A DNA stretch of 64,000 bases. It comes from Tubulanus polymorphus. Its lineage: Eukaryota; Animalia; Nemertea. The notes under the pieces were generated by a model. It saw only the letters and a list, made by a program, of their open reading frames with translations, searched no databases and was not told the origin of the DNA. Shown here one piece after another: positions 25,101 to 37,197 of this stretch. The stretch is taken from the NCBI RefSeq assembly GCF_964204645.1, contig NC_134025.1:15624001-15688000 (forward strand). Reading direction: 5' to 3'. Numbering within the stretch: the stretch's first letter is position 1; the number at the start of each line of letters is the position of its first letter. A program made the position numbers and the translations under genes.

Positions 25101-27217
25101 GAACATTTAACTGTAGATGATAGTTATTTAAGTGAATACCAGAAGAAAATAAAACCGAAAGATCATGTTTTTACAGAAAAATTAATACCTAATCAAAATA
25201 ATAAATACAATTATATTGTTCATTATAGAATGTTAACATTTTATCTAAAACAAGGAATGAAATTAAAGAAAGTACATAGATATATTGAATTTAATCAATC
25301 GAAGTGGTTAGAAAAATATATAGATTTCAATACTCAGCAGAGAACCATATCAAAAACAGATTTTGAAAAAGATTTCTTCAAATTAATGAATAATAGTTTT
25401 TATGGTAAAACATGTGAAAATATTAGAAATAGAAATGATATTGAATTAGTAAATAATTCTGAAAGATTAAGACATTTACAATCAAGTCCTAGATATTTAG
25501 GAAATAAAAGATTTGAAGATTATTTAACAGCAGTTTAATTAAAAAGAACGTCAATGAAATTTAATAAACCTATATTCATTGGTTCAACTGTTTTAGAAGT
25601 ATCAAAATTATTAATGTATGATTTTTATTATAATGTTTTACAACCACTTTTTGGGGAAAAGCATATTGAAATATTATATTTTGATTCTGTAACAGCTGAC
25701 ACCCCAATATTATTAAAATGTAATGATAAAATATTGATAAGAAGAATTTCAGAAATAATTCCAAAACAAAATGAATGTTATATTTCATATGGAGAAAAAG
25801 AATTAATACAAATAAATGGTTTAATGGACAAGAAATGGATGGAAAAAATTAAAGAATATTATTAGGCATAAAACAAATAAGAAAATCTATAGAGTTAGAA
25901 CTAAATTAGGATTTGTAGATGTTACAGAAGATCATAGTTTAATTAAACGAAATGGTGATGAAATAAAACCAACTGATATAAAAATTGGAGATGAATTATT
26001 ACATAAAAGATTTTTCCAAAGAATGAATCATATGTCATTTGATGAAATAATTGATAATATTTATAATATAGAACCCGAAACATTAGAAGAAAAAGAATAT
26101 TTTATCAAAGGATTTTTCATGGGTGATGGTTCAGCAGGTGTGTATAATTATGTTTGGGGTAATAAATATTGTTGGTATTATTGAATAAAGTTGGTTGTTT
26201 ATGCAATCAAGACTTGAAATTATTAGAAAGAATTAAGAAATTCTGTGAAGAAGTTTATTCACATAAAACATTCAAAATCATAGATGTTATGAAATCATCG
26301 CAATGTTATAGAATGCATGTGAATAATCCTAAAGATTTTGCTATAAAATATAATGACAAATTCTATATTCATGCAATAGTGTAAGTAATACTTCAACTAA
26401 AGAAAAGATAGTTCCAGATTATGTATTAAAAGCAAAAAATAATTTAAGAAAATGGTTCTTCATTGGATTCTACGCAGCCGATGGTACTAAAAGTTTCAAA
26501 AACCGCAAAACAATATCTTTAGCTCAAAAAGGAAAAGTTGCTATATCAGGATTAAATATATTATGCAATTCATTAGGCTTTAATATGAATATTGGATTGA
26601 TTAAATCTAAACCAAATTGCTTTAATTTAAGCCATGTAGAAAATGAGTTAACTGAAGAAGTTAAAGATTTATTTGAAATATATAACCCAACAGATTATGT
26701 TTATGATTTATCAACTGAAGATGGTACATTTAACTGTGGATTTCCATTAATAGCAGTCAATACTGACGCCTACATACTAAAAATCAAGACAAATGACATA
26801 ACAAAAGACTTAAAAACATTAAAACATCATTTTGATTTTAGCAATTATCCCAAAGATCATGAACTATTTAGCAATGATAATAAAAAGATTCCTGGTAAGT
26901 TTAAAGATGAATTAGGGGGTGATGAAATGATTGAATTTGTTGGGATAAGAAGTAAAATGTATAGTTACAGAACAAAAGATCATGAAGCTAAAAAGTTAAA
27001 AGGAATAACAAAACATGTGGTTGATAAACATATAGAATTTCAAGATTATATAAAGTGTTTATATAAATCAATTGTAATGAAACACAAAATGAATTGTTTA
27101 AGATCAGAAGATCATGAGATGTACATTAATGAAGTTGAAAAAACTAGTTTAAATCCATTTGATGATAAAAGGCATATTTTAGATGATGGTATAAAAACAT
27201 TACCTTATGGTCATTAA
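22146..27217 (+). pseudogene. polB: Protein-primed family B DNA polymerase (ZnF, putative TP, vOTU-like, exonuclease with EndoVII-like insert, polymerase) interrupted by an intein
   Basis: DNKCFLWSI/HYMW (OTU-like), [48 protein letters not shown]-[intein]-TD, PGKFKDE; nonsense codon at 25536. Confidence 0.92.
25686..26761 (+). mobile_element. Intein with a LAGLIDADG homing endonuclease (PolB motif-C site), frameshifted
   Basis: Block A SVTADTP; block B VDVTEDHSL (~25915-25941); blocks C/E FIKGFFMGDGS (26101) and FFIGFYAADGT (~26456); block F YVYDLSTEDGTF; C-terminal IAVN with +1 Thr; absent from the homologous site at 46498/46499. Confidence 0.93.
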
Positions 27218-27272
27218 AACATAAAATCAATATCATCATAATCGAAATCACTATTGGCTTCTTCATTTTCAT

Positions 27273-28060
27273 TTAATTGTTCAGGTTCTTCTTCCATTCC
27301 ATTTTCTCATTTAAATAAAGTTCTATCTTGTTCCACATTTCATCTCGCTCTCTTTGTTTCTTTTTGTTTGTTAATTCATCAAATGGAATTATAATATCTA
27401 TGTTTAAATAATTTACAATCTTATTTAAAAAGAATTCATAATTAATTGAATCTGTTATTCTATTTTCCAAATGATACATTAATATTTGTGTAAATATTTT
27501 TTTTATATTTTCCATATCTTCTTCTGTTAATTTAGGTTTTTCATGATAATCGTTAAATAATAAATATAAATACCTTTTCTTTTGTTTTGTGTTAAATTTT
27601 GACGGAATAATTGTTTTTATAATATCTTTTTTAGTTATTTCACCATTTTTATTTTCTATTATTTTCATTTTTTCAAGCCATTGCTTATATTCTGGTGTAT
27701 GATCTTCTATAGAAAATATTTTAAAAATTTCATCAAGATAATTTAATTTTGGTTCTATGAGAAAATCTCTAGTTTTTTCTTCACCCAATACATTCTTTTG
27801 CCATCCACATTCATTACAAAATAACACAGTACCTTCTTGTCTAAAAGGTCGCATAACTAAATTGTGGACATTTTCGTTTATAATTTATTGGTAATAGATC
27901 TTCATTTAGCTCCTGGTATTTTCTTACGTTTTCTTTATGTTTTATTGTTCTATTATGTAGATTTGAATTACATGTTGTAATAATCAATTTACAATATTTA
28001 CAATAATATGTTTTTCTTGTTAATTCGTTATATTGTTTTTCTAACTTTTCAACTGTTTCA
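27273..28060 (-). pseudogene. Poxvirus/NCLDV late transcription factor VLTF3 (A2)-like protein with N-terminal zinc finger and zinc ribbon
   Basis: CPQ(F)...CNECG zinc ribbon across a frameshift at ~27850; C-terminal PKLTEEDMENIKKIFTQI...INYEFFLNKI...KKKQRERDEMWNKI resembles the VLTF3 pattern. Confidence 0.6.
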
Positions 28061-28161
28061 AATCATTGTTTTCTCGCGTTATTTTGGTTTTGTCGTTTTG
28101 TCGTAATGTCGCCCTCATTTGCATATTCGTGTTTTTTTTATCTTATCAGCCACCATACTAA

Positions 28162-29108
28162 AGCCTTAAGGTCGCGTAAAACTCGATAAACACTTCAAGC
28201 GACACAGCGAACGATCTCCTTTCCTCCACAGCGAAAGCTTACTCCGAATGTCAAGTGTGAGTCCAGCATACGGATAGGAGTGTGGTTTGTATACATGTAT
28301 TTAGTAAATACCTTGTGGATTTGACAATGATCGGTATGTACTGTAGGAAATATAGAGTATTGATGGTATTGATATAGACGTTGAAGCCCGCGGCCGAATA
28401 AAGTAATATATTTCTTTATTTTGATACCTCGTCGACATAACAGCTTTTCTCCGCTATATCTCTTCGGCGTGTTTAGTTTAGGCCTACGACTCCCCGGTAC
28501 ACTTATGATTTATCTTAGTAAATACACGGTTAATTTGGTAAAGAAAAATAGGTATTGCTAAACTAACTGCTTGACGCCCGCAGCCAAATCACTGGTAGTT
28601 ATAAATTAATTTGTACTCGATTTGATTCTCATGATGAGGAGAAACTCCCCGGAACGACGATGTAGTAACACACGTCGATTCGTCGTTGTTTACGGCTCGA
28701 CAGTGCTTTTAAAATCTAAAGTAGTAAATTTCCAGTGTATCGGTAATATGATTTGATGAGGAAAATGGGCTATTGTTAAAATCACTGTTTGAAGACCGCG
28801 ACTGAATGTGAAGTCTGCGGCAATAAATTAGTTCATTTATACTTGAATTGATAATCGAAGTGACAGTCGGCCTGCGGGTTGATTTCGGGATGACGACTCG
28901 AAAAACATGTCGCCCCATTGAATGGGGCTAAATTTTCGATGTTTACGGCCCGACAGCGCTTTTGTAACGATGATTCGTGAAAAAACACGCGGGCTAGTGC
29001 GATCTCAGTGAGCTGAACGATATTATATGGATTGTAGATGAAACAGCGGTAAGGTAACAAAGCCTATGTTCTTTTGGTAAAAATAGTGTGGAAGAAAATA
29101 ATAATAAT
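28162..29108. repeat. ~940-bp repeat body, copy 1
   Basis: Highly similar to 36255-37197. Confidence 0.85.
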
Positions 29109-31472
29109 AAATATAGCTGCAAAGCAGCGATAACGGGTTTTCTGCACAGTCTTAGAATCCTGTTCAACGGTGGATTTCAACAAAGCATTTGATGAGGCTC
29201 AACATCAGCCATTACTAAACAGGCTATTAGGAAACAGTATCAATGATAGGTCGCCCAAATGGCTCAGCAGTTATCTCTGAACGGAAACTTGTAACCGAAA
29301 TCAACGGAACGACTCATCTTTGAATGAGACGGTCTAACTAGTGGAGTCACGCAAGGTAGTATCCTAAGTCGTCTTCTGTTTAATGTCCTGACAAATGACA
29401 TACACAGTAATCCAAAATATACCAGACCGAGTAAATTTCCAAAACGACCTTAACACACTGTTCGACCAAAAAACTTAATGTTCCGACAAAACCACGGGTG
29501 ACAAAACCAAAATTATGAATTGTCGCGAGTGACAAAAACAAAATATTGAATTGTTGCGTGCGACAAAACCGAAATAATGAATTTTCGCGGGCGACAAAAC
29601 CAAACTAGGGGTCCAGGTACACCATGCTCACTTGGGAAGTGGTTTCAAATGCTCAACAATCTAACAATTTCAATACATAACGCCCTCTAGTGACCATATA
29701 CAAAAACCAATGACCTTGAAACCCACCACAATCATAGAACATGTGAGCAGCTATGATTTTGTATGATTGTGATAACAAAATATGCCTCATTACCAATTTA
29801 ATATGGAAATACTAAGTTATTCTACTATTCAACGCCCCTGGTGACCATATGCAAAACCCAATGACCTTAAAACTCACCACAATCGTAGTACATGTCATGA
29901 AATACAACTTCGCAATTGATCATAGTAACAAAATATGCCTAGGTACCAATCTAATAAGGAAATACTATAGGTTTTGTGATATCTATAATAAAATGGCAGA
30001 ATTACACGTGAAAAACGGATGCTAGAATGAATTTTTAAGATTTACGCCCCCTAGGAATTAGAAGAGGAAATAATATGTGAGGGGAAGGCAGCAGAAACCC
30101 TTATAATAAATATAGCTGCAAGCAGCGATAACGGGTTTCTGCCTTTCTGGATAGAATGTCGTACAAGGGTGCGTGCAAATGTCGTTCAGGGATGCGAGCA
30201 AAGATTTCACCCTGAATCAGTTCGCTACATTCCGTTTTTTAAAGAGTGCCACCTAGGGGTCAACTCACAACATGGATATGTTGACCCACATGTGCTACAG
30301 CGCGCATGTGCTACTACGCGCAAAGTACTAATGCTCCAGGTTTTGGGGGAAATAACATCGAGAAGAACGAAGCTACGGTGTTTTTACCATTCCCTAGTGA
30401 TAGTTTAAGCGCATATTCGGTTATAGCTCCGACAAAAAGTCGACTAGATAAGAAAACCGAATTTGGCCCAAAGCACAAATCTGGCCTATAGGGTAAACTA
30501 TGCAGAAGGGAAGGCCTTCTTAGTGTTACTATTAGTAGAGGAGTGACAAGTCAGTCTAACAAGTCAAGCGATCAGATGGGGACTACAATTCACATATAAA
30601 AATGACGTCCTATAAACAGTATAAAAACATAATCACGAACGGTACCATCACTCCCCATTACTGACTGTCACTGGTCTCTGGCTAGCAATCATTCTTTATC
30701 GGTGCAGTGGGTAGGTATTTTCAACTGACTTTGTTATTCTATGACATTACCATCGCCGCTGCATCACGATGTGATGTACATGTACAAGGGACCTCCAATT
30801 TGTGATGTATAAACTGACTTTAGACCGTTTAATATTGACGATAAGGAGGTATCACCGACGCTGACATTTTCTTACGCTAACTAGTATGACCCGCCTTTTG
30901 GACCGGACCAATTCAATTCAATTAAGAAAACGCGAACCGGTACAATAAATAAACAAACCGCTGTTGATTATTCGAAGTATTGATATCCACGAACAAAACT
31001 ATCATAGAATGTTTAAAAGGAACTGTTTTTAATAACAGTATGAATAAACTTACTTCACAAACAAGGAAGTACATTTTTAATTTGTGAATGATCGAACCCC
31101 AGTTATTCACAGTAACCTGTGATTTGGATATTCTCGGAGCCTTCCTTCTTTTTTTATTTATGAAATGACGTCACAAACTTTCAAATTCGCGCCAGTACGC
31201 CAGTATGCGCGCCATGATTGATGATTGCTATTTCCACCGGTGTTATCTTTAAGTAACTTCAAGTTTAAAATAGGAAGCACAGTACATCCATAGAAACTAC
31301 GCGCAGCAAGAGACTGTTATATTATTATCAGAGTTTAACATTTCGTTTCAAAGTTGTTAGTAGTCAAATCTAATAGAAGATGATTTTTTTGTGACGAAAC
31401 TCAGTGGAAAATATGTTAAAATAATAATCAGGAGGAATCCAATAGGGTTTTTGCCGAGGCAGCAGAAACCCT

Positions 31473-34400
31473 AAATATAGCTGCAAAGCAGCGATAACGG
31501 GTTTCTGCCTTGCTGGATACAATGTCGTACAAGGGTGCGTGCATACATTTCACCGAAAGCAGTTCATAACGTTCCCCTTTTTAAAGGAGCGCCACCTAGG
31601 GGTCAACTTATGACATGGATATGTTGACCCACAAGGGCTACTACGCGCACATTGCAACCTCGATTCTATCGCAAACGGTTAAGGACCTAGGAGCAAAAAT
31701 CGTTGTTTTCACAGTCCCTGGTGGCAGTTGTATGAACTAATCATGCAGGATGGCATATTACACATGTCTTTGTACTTGTACCAAGTTTTGTGATTTTCAT
31801 AATAAACAGACCGCATTAAATGCGAAAAATGGATTCTGAAATCGATTTTTCAAAATTTACCCCCTTGTAGTTACAATGGGAACTAATCATATAAGGGGTT
31901 CGTTTCGTTTAATAACCAGGTACATGTGTATCAATTAAAAAAAAAATCCATTAGTACCCTAAGTCGATATAGATGAAAATGCGTATTCCAACGTCTTATA
32001 GGTGGCGCTTCTGGAGAACCATATGAGTTACATAGTTATACCATACATCAATACAAGTGTCTTCGCAAGGGCTACTGATCACTCGTTGCAACCACGATTC
32101 TATCTCCAACGGTTAAGGAGCTAGGAGCAAAAATCTCATTAAAACAATTTGGGGGCCCATTTAAGAGCCCCTAGAGCCCAAACGGTTAATCGCAGGTAGG
32201 GCGTGCCACTGACTTTTTTAACCTCCGGGCTGATATGAACAACTTTCGTGCTCGCCCGAAGCTGAAAATTCAAAGACAAAAAATTTTCTCACACAGTAAC
32301 TTTTCGATGTCAGAATTTTCAAATGTAAAACACCCCCGGTGGGTGAACGGGGTCCCAAATCAAAGATCCCTTTGACTTACCTCAAGGTACCTGTGTTCCG
32401 TACATCTCACGAAAGTTTCGAGTAAATCCGTCCAGGAATATTGTAATGTTAGCAGAAGAATATAGTCAGTCAGGCTCTCGCGTATAGATAGCTGCATTCA
32501 TTAGCTCTATCCAGGGAAGTTACTGCAAGGATGCTATTGCTTGTACGTACGTATATGCGGCACAAACAAAGCTATAAAAATTCCTCAGTTGCGTTCACTC
32601 GAGAATGTCCTATTTCAACGGCAAAACAATCGACTCGTAGAGTGATAAAACGACTTTTTACTACTGATCTAGAACAGGGCTCTCTATCACTGCATACAAT
32701 GTATACGGATACGCACACAAATACACGTACTGCCGCACTGTGGGAATAAGACACGTAGGCAATAAATACACATACGTAGATGGATACTGTTTGAATCGGG
32801 CTTAAATTTCGATGTTTAGAGGCTCACAGTGAGTAAACAGTGGCATTCTGATTAATATTATATACAGTATTTGTCAATGCAGCATAGTACTTGTGATACA
32901 GAATGGTTTCGCCGACACTGAAAGTAAGTCGCAGTTGTTTATATCCTTTCAGTAAGATCCAGTGTGAAAAGAATATTATAATGATAATAATAATAATGAT
33001 AATAATAATGATAATAATAATAATAATACAAATAAATATAGCTGCAAAGCAGCGATAACGGGTTTCTGCCTTGCTGGATACAACGTCGTACAAGGGTGCG
33101 TGCATACATTTCACCGAAAGCAGTTCATAACGTTCCCCTTTTTAAAGGAGCGCCACCTAGGGGTCAACTTATGACATGGATATGTTGACCCACAAGGGCT
33201 ACTACGCGCACATTGCAACCTCGATTCTATCGCCAACGGTTAAGGACCTAGGAGCAAAAACCATTGTTTTCAAGGTCCCCTGGTGGCAGTTGTATGAACT
33301 AATTATGCAGGATGGCATATTACACATGTCTTTGTACTTATACCAAGTTTTGTGATTTTCATAATAAACAGACCGCATTAAATGCGAAAAATGGATTCTG
33401 AAATCGATTTTTCAAAATTGACGCCCCCTAGTGGTTAAAATGGGAACTAATCATATAAGGGGTTCGATTCGTTTAGTAACCAGGTACATGTGTATCAATT
33501 TTTAAACAAATCCATTAGTACCCTTAGTCGATATAGATGAAAATGCGTATTCCAGCGTCTTATAGGTGGCGCTACTGGAGAACCATATGAGTTACATAGT
33601 TATACCATACATCAATAAAAGCGTCTTCGCAAGGGCTACTGATCACTCGTTGCAACCACGATTCTATCTCCAACGTTTAAGAAGCTAGGAGCAAAAATCT
33701 CATTAAAAAATTTGGGGGCCCATTTTCGAGCCCGTAGAGCCCAAACGGTTAATCGTAGATAGGGCGTGCCATTGACTTTTTTAACCTCCGGGCTGTTATG
33801 AACAACTTTCGTGCTCGCCCGAAGCTGAAAAGTCAAAGACAAAAAATTTTCTCACACAGTAACTTTTCGATGTCATAATTTTCAAATGTAAAACACGCCC
33901 TGGTGGGTGAACGGGGTCCCAAATCAAAGATCCCTTCGACTTACCTCAAGGTACCTGTGTTCCGTACATCTCAAGAAAGTTTCAAGTAAATCCGTCAAGG
34001 CATATTGTAATGCTAGCAGAAGAATATAGTCACCCAGGCTCTCGCTTATCGATAGCTGCATTTATTAGCTCTATCCAGGGAAGTTACTGCAAGGATGCTA
34101 TTGCTTGTACGTACGTATATGCGGCACAAACAAGGCTATAAAAATTCCTCAGTTGCGTTCACTCGAGAATGTCCTATTTCAACGGCAAAACAATCGACTC
34201 GTAGAGTGATAAAAATACTTTTTACTACTGATCTAGAACAGGGCTCTCTATCACTGCATATACGGATACGCACTCAAATACACGTACTGCGGCACTGTGG
34301 GAATAAGACACGTAGGCAATACACAAACGTAGATGGATACTGTTTGAATCGGGCTTAAATTTCGATGTTTAGAGGCTCACAGTGAGTAAACAGTGGCATT

Positions 34401-34526
34401 CTGATTAACATTATATACAGCATTTGTCAATGCAGCATAGTACTTGTGATACAGAATGGTTTCGCCGACAGTGAAAGTAAGTTGCAGTTGTTTTTATCCT
34501 TTCAGTAAGATCCAGTGTGAAAAAGA

Positions 34527-34599
<73 letters not shown>

Positions 34600-34600
34600 C
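31473..34600. repeat. Two tandem ~1.56-kb copies of one HINE family (31473-33030, 33033-34600)
   Basis: Colinear high identity; each copy ends in (TAA)n. Confidence 0.9.
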
Positions 34601-35503
34601 AGCAGGAATATAATAGGGTTTCTGCACAGTCTTGAATCCTGTTCAACGATGGATTTCGACAAAGCATTTGATAAGGTTCAACATCAGCCATTACTAAGCA
34701 GGCTATTAGAAAACGGTATCAATGATAGGTCGCTCAAATGGCTCAGCAGTTATCTCTGGACGAAAACTTGTAGCCGAAATCAACGGAATCTTGGAATAAG
34801 TCGGTCTAACTAGTGGAGTCACGCAAAGTAGTATCCTAAGTCGTCTTCTGTTTAATGTCCTGACAAATGACATACACAGTAATCCAAAATATACCAGACC
34901 GAGTAAATTTCCAAAACGACCTTAACACGCCGTTCGACCAAAAAACTTAATGTTCCGACAAGAAAATCTTGTTCGAATGAAAACAATTCTGTTTGATCGA
35001 ACAATACGCTTTTTGTTTGAACCAAAACTTTTCTTCATTCTGACAAAAATGTTTTCGAATAAAAAGCTATGTTATTGTTGAAATGAAGAACTTTTTTCGC
35101 GGCAAAGAAATTTGGTAGAGCGAAAACAACTTTTTTGGAACGAATGTTTGAATGAAAACAATTCTCTTCGATTTGACGAAATACTTAATACTTTTGGTTC
35201 GGAGAAAAAACTGTTACAAAACAATATACTTGTTCGAACGAAAAACTTTATGTTTTTGACAAGAAAATTATGTTCAAATTAAAATGATTCTGTTCGATCG
35301 AATGATTGTTCGAACGAAAAACCTTACGTTTGGACAAAAAAAAGTTTGTTCAACTTTGTTCTAACGATTTTTTCAAGTTGGTTCAATCGAACAGAATATT
35401 ATTGATTCGAACGAAATAAATTTTGTTCCGACGAAAGGATTTTCAAGCGAAAGGTCTTATGAACGAAAAAAAAATATATTTCTGGGGCTCCGCAGTACCT
35501 TAA

Positions 35504-35826
35504 AGCCGGACGTAGGTCGGCCTTGCGACGCGATGCGATCCTCGCGTTGCATCACAAGTTTCGATGCAAGTCGGTTGCGATACGATTGTCAGCGACTGTG
35601 TGCGACTAGTATCTGCCAGTCGCAAGAGCGCGCAGGTCGGTTGTGACTGTCGCGTCGCAGAAAGTAGAACACGCGCGACTCCTTGTGACTGGCGTTGCTG
35701 AGAGTCGCAACCCGTCGCAAGGGAGCGTATGTCGATGAGTCGTTGCGACACAGTCGTCGCTGGCGGTCGTAGTGAATGACGTCGCAGTGAGTCACAAGCC
35801 GTCGCAAAGCCGACCTACGTCCGGCT
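35504..35826. mobile_element. PIF/Harbinger-like MITE
   Basis: TIR AGCCGGACGTAGGTCGGC, TAA target duplication (35501-35503, 35827-35829), GTCGC-rich interior. Confidence 0.8.
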
Positions 35827-36254
35827 TAAGTCATTAGCAATTAATGAAATACCCGTTTCATTTATGATGAAAAAACTCAAATGAAAAGTCTGGCTTATAA
35901 AGTTGTCTGCTCAGACGAAATTTCCAAAAAAAAATCTTCATTTTTGCCAATAAAATTGATAATTGTGATTGATCGTTGCAAGTCAGAACCAGTTAATCAC
36001 TAATTAACATGAATATTAATAAATCCTCCTTTACAGTGAACTTAGCTTTAACCTAGTAGAAGCTACTAGCCTATGTAGGCCTATGTATATGCGTAGGCCT
36101 AACATCCGGACAGATTGGTCGTAGGCCTATTGAATAACAACCCTCCTAAATATCGTAAATTTTGTTTTGAAGTTCAATCCAATGAGTCCGTTAATAAACG
36201 CAACAATTATACTGTGTTTGTTTGAGACAGTAAAGGTCAGTTCCGGTAGGCCTA

Positions 36255-37197
36255 AGCCTTAAGGTCGCGTAAAACTCGATAAAATCTTCAAGTGACACAG
36301 CGAACGACCTCCTTTCCTCTACAGCCAACGCTTACTCCGAATGTCAAGTGTGAGTCCAGCATACGGATATGAGTGTGTTATATACTTGTATTTATAAATA
36401 CCTTGTGCATTTGACAATGATCCGTATGTACTGTAGGAAATATAGAGTATTGATGGTATTGATATAGAGGTTGAAGCCCGTGGCCGAATATAGTAATATA
36501 TTCTTTTATTTTGATACCTCGTCGACATAACAGCTTTTCTCCGCTATATCTCTTTGGCGTGTTTAGTTTAGGCCTACGATTCCCCGGTGCACTAAAGATT
36601 TATCTTAGTAAATTCGGTAAAGAAAAATAGGTATTGTTAAAATTACTCCTTGAAACCCGCAGCAAAATCACTGGTAGTAATAAATTAATTTGTACTTGAT
36701 TTGATTCTCATGATGAGGAGAAACTCGCAGCTGATCCCCGGAACGACGATGTAGTAACACACGTCGATTCGTCGATGTTTACGGCTCGACAGTGCTTTTA
36801 AAATCTAAAGTAGTAAATTTCCAGTGTATCGGTAATATGATTTGACGAGGAAAATGGGCTATTGTTAAAATCACTGTTTGAAGACCGCGACTGAATGTGA
36901 AGTCTGCGGCAATAAATTAGTTCATTTATACTTGAATTGATAATCGAAGTGACAATCGGCCTGCGGGTTGATTTCGGGATGACGACTCGAAAAACATGTC
37001 GCCCCATTGAATGGGGCTAAATTTTCGATGTTTACGGCCCGACAGTGCTTTTGTAACGATGATTCGTGAAAAAACACGCGGAGTATTTGTAGATCTCAGT
37101 GAGCTGAACGATATCATACGGATTGTATCGACAACAGCGGCAAGGTAACAAAGCCTATGTTCTTTTGGTAAAAATAGTGTGGAAGAAAATAATAATA
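36255..37197. repeat. ~940-bp repeat body, copy 2
   Basis: Similar to 28162-29108. Confidence 0.85.

Larger units (their letters stand above)
22061..28062. mobile_element. Truncated Polinton/Maverick (element A)
   Basis: Very AT-rich; pPolB homologous to 43011-47104 plus a convergent VLTF3-like gene; no TIRs retained. Confidence 0.88.
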
